Source: Utricularia gibba
Taxonomy: Eukaryota; Plantae; Magnoliophyta
Direction: 5' to 3'
DNA: 31,221 nucleotides
Assembly (NCBI GenBank): GCA_002189035.1
Contig: NEEC01000172.1
Coordinates: forward strand, 1 to 31,221
Below are positions 22,386 to 31,221 of the stretch, piece after piece. The stretch's first letter is position 1; every line of letters begins with the position of its first letter. Made by a program: the position numbers and the translations under genes. Under the pieces are notes generated by a model. That model was not told where the DNA came from and did no database searches. It saw only the letters and a list, made by a program, of their open reading frames with translations.

Positions 22386-23977
22386 ATGGCCGGCGGTGAT
22401 GCGGCTGCGGCTCTCAGCGCTTCTGTTGCCCCGGCGAATCTGCCTCTCGTCTCCGCCTTGCTTGCCTGTGCTATTGCGCAGTTTCTGAAGCCTTTCACGA
22501 CTTGGTAATTTATTATGTACAATTTTGAATTTTTTTTGTTCCAGTGGAATGTCTGATGTTGATTGATGTGTTTCGTGGAGTATCTGGGCGCGCTTAGCGG
22601 TAGTTTAATGTCGTTGCATTCGCGTGATTTACGATAAAGATTGGTTTTTTATTATTGTGGGTGAATTGGAAGTAAGTTAATAGTTAATGTGTTGAATATC
22701 CTCGCATTGAATGGATTTGTGGACACTAGGGGAAGGTTGATACTTGATTGTTTTTTATTATTTATTTTTTCAACACCTATGGTGGATTGTTAACCGGAAA
22801 ATGGTTTTCTTTCGATATTCGTCTTTGCAGTTGGGAGTTCATTTCTCTTTATCGTATGATGTATCCCTCTTAGACTTGCAGGGTGAAGGATAAAAAATGG
22901 GACTCTAGAAAGATGGTCAGCTCAGGAGGTATGCCTTCTTCACACTCTGCGACTGTTATAGCTCTTGCAACGGCAATTGCCTTGGACGACGGAATTGGAG
23001 GAGCACCATTTGCCATTTCTGTTGTCTTGGCATGTATTGTACGTACTTTCTAAACCAGGTTCTCTCCATTCTTTAGCATTTCGAGTTTGCTTCTACCAAG
23101 GATGTTTCCTTAAGTTCTAGTCACAACACATGTGCTTCTTGTGTCGTGTGTTATTTTGTTTCTCCATTAGGATTTCATTGATGTTTGGGTTTTTTAATAC
23201 TTAATCAATTTGTACAAGAGTAGAGGGTTCGTGGTAATTTTCTCATAGAAAAACATGTTACATGGCAATAGTCTTTTCATATGCTTCCATACTATATTTG
23301 ACAAAACTGACTGTGAGAACCGCAGGTAATGTATGATGCTACCGGCATCAGACTCCATGCTGGTCGTCAAGCTGAGGTGAGGTCTCATGTAAACAGGATC
23401 CTTCATGTACCCCATGTTTTTTTTTTCTGTAGCCAGCGTTATTTTTGGATTGGTTGTTAATACAGTTGCTGAACCAAATTGTTTGTGAACTACCACCGGA
23501 GCACCCCGTTGCTCATGTAAGGCCTCTTCGTGATTCTCTTGGCCACACCCCACTTCAGGTACGCTTGTCAAATATTTCATCTTCAATCCTTTTTCATTGT
23601 TAAAAAAGCATGCTAGTATAACCCCTTTTGGTTATTTGATATGAACTGGTGTTTTCCCAAGGAAATGTTCTCAGGCCTGGTGTCAGAATGATGTGTATTA
23701 TGCTATCTCCCCAAGCACCTAGTATTTCAATTATTGTTAATACACACCTCTTTGTCAGCCAAACCTGAATATCTGTTAAAATGAATAGCTGCTCAGCATA
23801 TAAAGACATATTTTGATCTTCGGGTTTCTCCTATACCCATGCTTTCCTCTGCTAAATGGTAGAGTTCATACGAAAGCCTAGTTAGTAAAACACCGAACCT
23901 TTGTTTTGTTTCCACAGGTGGCAATGGGCGGGGTGCTTGGGTTTGTAGTTGCACTTCTCTTAAGAAGCACAGCATAG
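22386..23977 (+). CDS. Acid phosphatase/vanadium-dependent haloperoxidase-related protein (DUF212)
   Basis: Exons 22386-22504, 22882-23038, 23326-23376, 23466-23558, 23918-23977. Motifs AIAQFLKPF, SSGGMPSSHSATV, VMYDATGIRLHAGRQAELLNQIV, LGHTPLQV. Frame intact. Confidence 0.93.
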
Positions 23978-24463
23978 CATGAAGGATATGTCAACCTATA
24001 GGTCTTTGCCATCTTGATCTTCTATTTTTGTTGATCATCATCGTCATTAAGGATAAGTATTTTGAAGCACCAAGTATTTTGGAAGTCAGTGTATTAAAAA
24101 CCAACCTGATATTGTGGGCTTTTTTACATGCCAAAACAAGATTTTCTTATGTAACATAATATATTGGGTTTCCTCTTCCACTAATCTGAAACCATGAACT
24201 GACTGATTCGTGAGTTTGTTCGCTCAGTTACCTGAACGCCTTTTTCAAAACACTGGTTTGAACTACTTGCTTAAAGAAGAAACTGAGGCTGGTTATGATG
24301 CCGTGAAAGCCTTGAATGAGATGGGAAATAAACGAGTTTGAAGGCCATGGATTTTGCCATTTGCTGGATGGCCTAATTCGGCCAAATCAAGAGAAAAGAG
24401 AAACAAACAAACTACTTGGCGAATCTGTAGTATATAAAGCAGCTCTCATTGCATTCGGTTCTC

Positions 24464-25008
24464 ATGGAGAAGGTGAAGTTCACCCAGCTTTTGAGGCGTC
24501 TCCTGATGCCACTGCTTCTCATCCTCACACACGTAGTGCCAACATCAAGATTCAAGAATTCCCACTTCCTCCTCATCATGGCTCTCGGGGTAGACTCGTG
24601 CCTCATACCCTTCATTTGGTTCGGAGACGACAATGGCGGACATGCTGCAGATCATCAAGATGCACCATATGTTGGCGCTGGTGATGGTGATATCAAGAGC
24701 GATGCTCCAATAGAAGGGACCCAAGGACCCAAAACCAAAATGGGGTTGGGAACGGGTAAGTGTTCAAGGGATGACATTTTCATGCAACTGGAGGGGGAAA
24801 ATCTGCTCCAGCACCGGGAATCGTCATGGTAGAAGACTGTGAGAGCAGGCAAGAAGATGAAGAGGATGATGGTGATGATAACAAGCTTGACAGCGCCGGC
24901 GACCAAGAACTGTTTCAGAGAGCTGAGATGTTCATTGGGAATTTCTACAAGCAGCTGAAGATGGAGGAGAGAGCATTCGTTAGAGAAATCCATGACATGA
25001 GCTTCTAA
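24464..25008 (+). CDS. Small intronless protein with N-terminal hydrophobic segment and C-terminal DUF761 (cotton-fibre-expressed) motif; one apparent frameshift
   Basis: MEKVKFTQLLRRLLMPLLLIL...IMALGVDSCLIP, then acidic EDEEDDGDD and ELFQRAEMFIGNFYKQLKME (DUF761-type). One T is missing in the run at about 24777-24780; restoring it joins the two ORFs. TATATAAA at 24431. Confidence 0.75.
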
Positions 25009-25569
25009 GCACTTGTTACTTTACGACCAAAACCACCTACCTACATAACCTTGTACACAGTAAAATTAGTAGGACTTTTGAATGTCCCATGAACACAGAC
25101 AAAAATAAATTGAGCAAAAATTAGTCTAAATTTAAACTCTTGCTACTGATGTCTTACCTTTCTGTATAGGTTAGAATTGCGATGACACGATATATTATAA
25201 ATCGTGATGATTTTTACTGTTCATAATACATCATTTCGAAATTAGTTTCCAATGATCATTCTCATTGAGCCATGAATGATTAAATAATATTTTTAAATAT
25301 TTTTCAAAAAATGATTTCGAAAAAGTGATGCTCCATCACTCTCACGAGTTAATGATTAATTTAAAATTATATCAAACAAAGATTAGGATTTAATTATAAA
25401 AATTAAAGGTCATTAACTAGTACAGTACAATCTAATCTCACTTCCAAACTACCAAGTCCAACTCGTACGGAAACGAACGAAGCATCAGCAACACATCACC
25501 AGTACAACCCATTCCGGCACACTGGAAGTGGAAGGAAGCTCTGTTGTATTCACAAGCATCATCATCCCT

Positions 25570-27613
25570 TCAGCCCTCGCAGCCCGGCAGCGAGTGCGCC
25601 GAGGTGTAGGGCGAGAACGTCCGGCGGACTCGCTGTAATGCAGAGGATTCGTTCGGGCCGACTCGCTGTACTGCAGAAGATTCGTCCTGACCGACTCGCT
25701 GTAATGCAGAGGATTTGGGACGTAGCTTGAGGACGCTACATAGCTGGATGATGCGTTGCCGACGCCCGGAGCATACGGGATAGGAATCTTGAGCTGGAGT
25801 TCAGTGGCGATGAGGAAGGATAGCCGAAGGACTGAGGTGAAGCTAGATAAGCACTGTTCAGTCTCTGAGAAGACATGTTCCTGAAGCTGGATGCAGAGGC
25901 AGAGGGATGAAGGGAGTGACCAGAGTGGCGGCTGTAAGATGCTCCGGTGATCGAAACAGAGCGGGAATGATGCGATGGCTGGTTGATACGGAGGGTTGCT
26001 GAAGATGCAACAGAAGATGGAAGTGAAGACAGAGAAGCTGCACTGGAGCATAGCAAAGGGGTGGATTCTGATGCTGCTGGTTCACCATCTCTACTTCTTG
26101 CATCGTGCTTGCAAACCGGACAAAATGTTCTCCATGAGGTGAGCCAATCATCAACACATACAGCGTGGAATTCTGGTACACAGGAAACTTTGTTAGACTA
26201 GGAAATGTAAGAGCACTGGGAAAGGTGAAGAAGGCTCACTGTGAAGGCATGGCAGAATTCTCAGCTTCTCCCCGACTGTATAATCCTCAAGGCATATAGC
26301 ACACGTTCTTGAGGTGCTTTTATCCTCCACAACAGCTGTAAATCTGAGACTTGGCATGGCCTTCACTAAGCGATGGCTCATCCCATGGAATTCTCGCACA
26401 TGCGAGGCTCGAGGTTGTTCTCTTCTTATTCTATGTCTTCGCACGAAGAAACACGTGGCTAAAACAGCAGACATGGCCAGTAAAGAAATGAAGGATATAG
26501 CCATAATAGACCATGCAGAATTATCAAATGTTGGGACTATCCATAGCACTGCATCTGCTGAGAGGGCATATTTTGCAAGTGTTTCGCCACAAGTTCTTGA
26601 AACAAATACAGCATTTATCCTAACACCAGCAGAACTTCCAGCCACTGCATTTAAATGTGAACTTCAATTGCACCCTTTAAGTAGATAGACATACAAAGAA
26701 TTAAAGCAATCAGCATTCTCTTGAAACCATGGTTTCTTGAAACATTTAACGTAGAATAGAAGCCAAAATATAGGTTTTAAATTTCTTCCATTCCCTAATT
26801 TCAAATAGCAGCACTCTTATTTTAAGATCATGCAAATCCATGTAAATCTATAGAGTCAACAACAAAGCTTCTAGACATCAGGATCGTAGGCTATGACAAG
26901 AATAATCATGGACAAATAAAGATAAACGTTTCTTAAGTTTCTACATATAAAAATCAACAGAAAACTAAATCTGAAAGAGTTCACAGTACAAGAATATTAC
27001 TTGCAACCAGGTCATCATTTTCGTTGTTGTAGATAATAGCAGCTTTGAATCCTGCAACTTGAGCATTTCGAACTTTATCCTCAAAGCTGCATCCTCCTCT
27101 AACAATCAACACGAAAGGGGATATTGAGATGTTCGTATTCAAAATATTTTTATTAGAAAGTGGTGAGCATGCATCTAAAGGTTCTGCCAAATGCACTGTT
27201 CCACATATTCCAGAACCTTTCGTCACTGGAGCTGCGAAGAGAGGAGCTTTCATCAGTTTTTTTTTGGCGATTATAAGCATTACAAGACCATTTTAATCCG
27301 CATCTTTCATCACTGCATATGCAAAAAGCCTTCCTATATAATGGGAAATTTGAAGTAATGCATGTAGAGAGGACATGTTTGGCGATGTAATGAAGTACTT
27401 TCAACAATCTAGACATGAATCAGAAAATATTTCAAAATTACTACATCAGGGAGAAAAATGAACAAAATAATAACGAGAACACTAACCAAAATTGGCTTCT
27501 ATATCACTGAAAGATAAATTAATGTTTTTTCCAACGAGGACCACATTAGCAGAGGCCTTGAATGAAGTTGCTAATGTGAAAAGGGATACATAAAATAGCC
27601 ACAGACTGAACAT
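25570..27613 (-). CDS. RMR: Receptor homology region-transmembrane-RING-H2 protein (PA-TM-RING vacuolar sorting receptor); two apparent frameshifts in the tail
   Basis: Exons 27613-27487, 27231-27001, 26644-26240, 26172-25570. Signal peptide; PA domain ([40 protein letters not shown]); TM ([25 protein letters not shown]); RING-H2 [42 protein letters not shown]; Ser-rich tail. Restoring single bases near 25780 and 25620 gives the family-like end ...[22 protein letters not shown]. Confidence 0.92.
25627..25715 (-). repeat. Three tandem 33-bp coding repeats (NPLHYSES-type 11-aa unit) in the RMR tail
   Basis: GACTCGCTGTA(A/C)TGCAGA(G/A)GATT at 25627, 25660 and 25693; period 33. Confidence 0.9.
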
Positions 27614-29541
27614 GGTGAAGAGTTCAACTTTCCAATAGCAGCCCCTTTTTTCCTGGAAACGATCTTGGGTGAATCTACAGTGCAACTGAAAACATCCCAA
27701 TGTACAATTCAGTTTCCTTTTGATTTAGGATTTTCTGAACCAAAAATTCCATGTCAAAAGAAAGAGAAATAAAGACATGGAATTCTCTCAGAAAAGACAA
27801 ACCATTCTCCGCGTATCCAGAAAACAAAAAAAGGGGAACGGAAAAAGAAAAGAAATAACCAAATTCATGGATGAATCAAATAGTAAGATAATGTGCTCCT
27901 AACTAAAGAAATAATTCATCTCTAAAAGGAGCTCCAGTAAATTACATAATTACATGCATGTGCCAGCATTCTTGCCTTTCAGTTCATAAGAACTCAAGAA
28001 TCGATTAAAAATCAATTCTGGGAAGAAGCAGGCGTCAACATTTTATGAAAATTTTACTCGAGGGCTCAAATTAGCAAGAACATGATGTGGAAGAACCAAA
28101 TAAGCAAAATCTATCTAGTATCTACTTAAAAGAACTGCAACAATCGAGATATCCTCATCTACAAAGTAAATGGAGCCCCTTTACTTGTATACGGAACCAG
28201 CAAGAAGTGAATCTTGGCCAAGTAAAAACGTTAAAATAAAAAAAATCCAACGTCATTTCCCCATCTCTGAAACCTCCAAAAAAATCCCACACAGGCCGGC
28301 CAGTCAAACTATAAAGCAGAAAAACATCATTTTGAGATGCTCAAGAAAATTACCTTCGCTCAACTTAATATCCAAACCAAAACGAGGGGTCGAAGACAAC
28401 AAAAACACTTTCCAGCCTACAAGACATAGCCCATTTCAGATCTTCCCGATAAGGCGTTGCTTCTCACAAAAATACGACGTAACCGACCGGAAACGGTCGC
28501 CTCAATCACTCGATCCATTGGTTAGTTTCCGCTTGGGCTCACAGGCTTGAAAGTTTCAGTAACTCGCATGAGGGCTCAGATGAGAGTGAAAAGAAATTGA
28601 AAATTAACTCAAAGGCTGTAATGGGTGGCTGTGGTTTTGGTTTTTGATTTGGGTTCCGTCTCTATAGGTTCAAGAAAACGAAAGCAAGCCAACTCAATAC
28701 CGGGATGACAGGCAATCCTTGTGCGGTTATAGGATCAAAACGTGCCTGAAGATCGAGACCAACCGAGAAGAGTTGCCGCTGTTGCGCCTACGCAGAGGAA
28801 AAGGAAAGATTTTGATTGATGGGGCCATTGTCTCTGATCTTATCACCTCCTCTCCACCATTCTCCTTCCTGCCACTTGAACGATGATTAAGAAAACCAAA
28901 AACATGGTACAGCCAGCACACCCACTCTTAATATTATTTCCATTTTTAACAAAATATTTTATAAACATAAGGCCATCAAATATTATATATAAAAATTTGA
29001 GATTGCATTAAGTTTAAATTCTTTTAAAATATAAATTCGTTATTTGAGTTAACTATTTTTTGTTTTTTTTTTTATAAAAATACCTCAAAACATATTTTTT
29101 TAAAAAATGAATGATTAAAATATAGTCAAATAATTACATATCTTAACAGAGAGAAGCATATTGTATTGGAAAATCTTTATTATGGAACTTATACTCAATT
29201 TTTATTCAAAATTATAATATTCCAGAGGATATCTTGATTAGTGTTGTCACCCAACACTAATCCTTATCTTAGAGAGGGGCATTTTGGGAAGTCGGTTCCA
29301 GGATATGTTCTACCAACAAAAAAAAAAAAAAAAAGAAAGAAAAAGAGGGAACCAGCGCATCTTGTAATGGGCATCACTGAAAAAGGAATATGCGATTTTA
29401 GGTTGAAACAGATACTATGAAAACGTGTGACTCGACAGTGGAAGGTGAGAAGAAAGCATGCAAACAGACTTCAATGAGAGACAAGGCATTCACTAGCAGG
29501 GGATTGGATGGTCCGGGGAGAAGGAAGCTCTGCTGTTGCCA

Positions 29542-31221
29542 CTACAAAAACAACCGTCTGTTCCGGGCTTGCGCCGCTCCTTTCACTGTAGAGGGTGCGT
29601 GGACGGTGATCGGGAGAACCCACTCGCTCCTGTCCCTCCCTTCTGTTAGCAGAGGGTGCTCCATCCTGCAAGTGGTCATCACGGCATCACACACGAATCA
29701 GAAGAAGGTTCAAACAATGGAGGAGACCCAAGCAACTTTGAAGAAGGGATACATGCCAAAGACAAAAGTTTCGAGGAGTTGCAATGAAAATAGTTCCAAC
29801 AGGACCCATGGAAAAGCATCACAACTTACCTTGAACTCTTTACATTCTTTGGGGTTGTCACGAACTCAAACCTAAGAGACCACTCCACAGCAACATAGCG
29901 GGTTGAAAATGTCGTAGGCCCATCCATTGGAATGGAAAATATGAAGCTAGTTTGCAGTAAATCCGCCACAATCTCGTGGTGATCACTATAAACCTACGAT
30001 CAGAAAGGTGCAAGTTAGCGAAGTACTATTGCTTTTGAGGAATCCAAATTTTCAATGCTCCATCCTGTACACGGCTTAAAAAAGGAATCTTGAAGTTGGA
30101 TATTAGTTCATTTTAACAGGAATTTTTAGGCAAACCCCAAGAAAAAAGCTACTAAAAGAAAAATATTTTAATACTCGCTAGCAGCCTGAGCTACTTGTTC
30201 AAATTATTGGAGAATCAGGATATTTGTGTTTTACATCTCGAATATCACGTAAATAAAAAATGGTAATCTGTTGTGAAAAGCAACGACATCAACATGTAAC
30301 TCGTAAATGAGTGATAGAGAGAACAAATTGTAAAAACCTTTGTAATAATTGGAGAATGCCTTCGAGATGGATGAACAAATTGCCTGTTTATAATCTCCTT
30401 TGACTCCAATGTTATAAACATCTAACAGAACCAAGAACCTCATCAACTCCCTGATATTCAAAAAAGAATTATTCAAATATAGGTTGCATGAACTGTACCT
30501 CAAGACACTGCCTAGCCCCTTCTTCATGGAAAAAGGTCAAGGTTCCACCTATCTATGAAAAGTGGAATTAGACTGAATCAGGTAGAGCAATGACTTCAGC
30601 AAATGGTAATGTATTATGAAGCTTTACCGTATCACTGAAATAGTATGTGGAATCTGGATTTTTAGGGGTAAACCTCAAAAGTACCCGATTATCAAGCCTG
30701 ATATTGTACGATCTTCCTCGAGCAATGACTTCTGCTGAAGAAATACTGAACGAAAATTAATATGAATCAATGGAAGCAACGAAATACGTGAGACTGTAAG
30801 AACAAAATTACATGTTCCGGAGGAAACAGATTCTGAAGGCGGGGGATATCTTGAGTCATCTTCAGCAAATGGGCTTTTCTTATATTCTTTCAAGGGTTGA
30901 CTTGCGAGAATTATATTGGCAGCCTTATCTGGAAGAAGCAAGAAGAAAAGAAGATAATCAGAAGAAATTTGCAATTGCTTCAGATGGCTCCAAGTAAATC
31001 AGACATTGAAGCCAAAGTTACAGTTCACCTGCACCAGAATCATCCAGGATCTCAGTCACGGACAGTCGGGGAAGAGCTACACTACCCCGGCCTTCTACAT
31101 ATAAACCTCCAGTTGAAGACCTTGCATTAAATGATTGTAACGACAGGAACTTCCAAATGCCCTATTTAGGTCATCCTTTGAAGGGTTGTAGGAAGAAACT
31201 GATGAGATCTCATCATGTGAA
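29542..31221 (-). CDS. RGP1: Rgp1 (Ric1-Rgp1 Rab6/Ypt6 GEF subunit), 3' part; one apparent frameshift
   Basis: Exons >31221-31029, 30928-30812, 30734-30628, 30552-30499, 30421-30338, 29993-29830, 29665-29542. Motifs RGRSYNIRLDNRVLLRFTPKNPDSTYYFSDT, IGGTLTFFHEEG, FVHPSRRHSPIITK, SDHHEIVADLLQTSFIFSIPMDGP, LRFEFVTTPK, EHPLLTEGRDRSEWVLPITVHAP. One C is missing near 31146. Confidence 0.85.

Noticed and set aside
28727-28921. Short minus-strand ORF (MAPSIKIFPFPLRRR...) as a DVL/RTFL-type peptide
   Set aside because: It lacks the RTF motif (RLYIxRRCxxMLLCW); no support.
1-31221. Programmed frameshifting or RNA editing as the cause of the many frameshifts
   Set aside because: No shared slippery heptamer or structure, and no such nuclear insertion-editing system is known in plants. 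The homopolymer bias is explained by sequencing error.

Overview
Gene-dense angiosperm nuclear DNA with compact introns. I rebuilt exon structures by hand, because the ORF track shows only fragments and some of its starts are GTG/TTG. In order: the 5' part of an LRR-VIII-2 (LRR-malectin type) receptor kinase (-, runs off the left edge); plant Elongin A-like (-); U4/U6 snRNP WD40 protein PRP4/LACHESIS (-); syntaxin SYP5 (+); a 6-kb Hsp70 cluster (-); ABI4 (+); DUF212 acid phosphatase/haloperoxidase-related (+); DUF761 protein (+); PA-TM-RING RMR (-); and the 3' part of RGP1 (-, runs off the right edge). The Hsp70 cluster holds three units: a full-length divergent Hsp70 with a hydrophobic C-terminal tail instead of EEVD, a decayed SBD/lid relic, and a 3' copy that sits directly behind a Ty1/copia gag N-terminus in the same reading frame. 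That last unit, a candidate Gag-Hsp70 substrate-binding-domain chimeric gene, is the most interesting feature. Major caveat: about 14 small frameshifts, mostly single-base losses in short homopolymers, are scattered over otherwise intact conserved genes. This strongly suggests unpolished long-read assembly errors rather than real pseudogenes. All family assignments come from my recognition of motifs; no database search was run.
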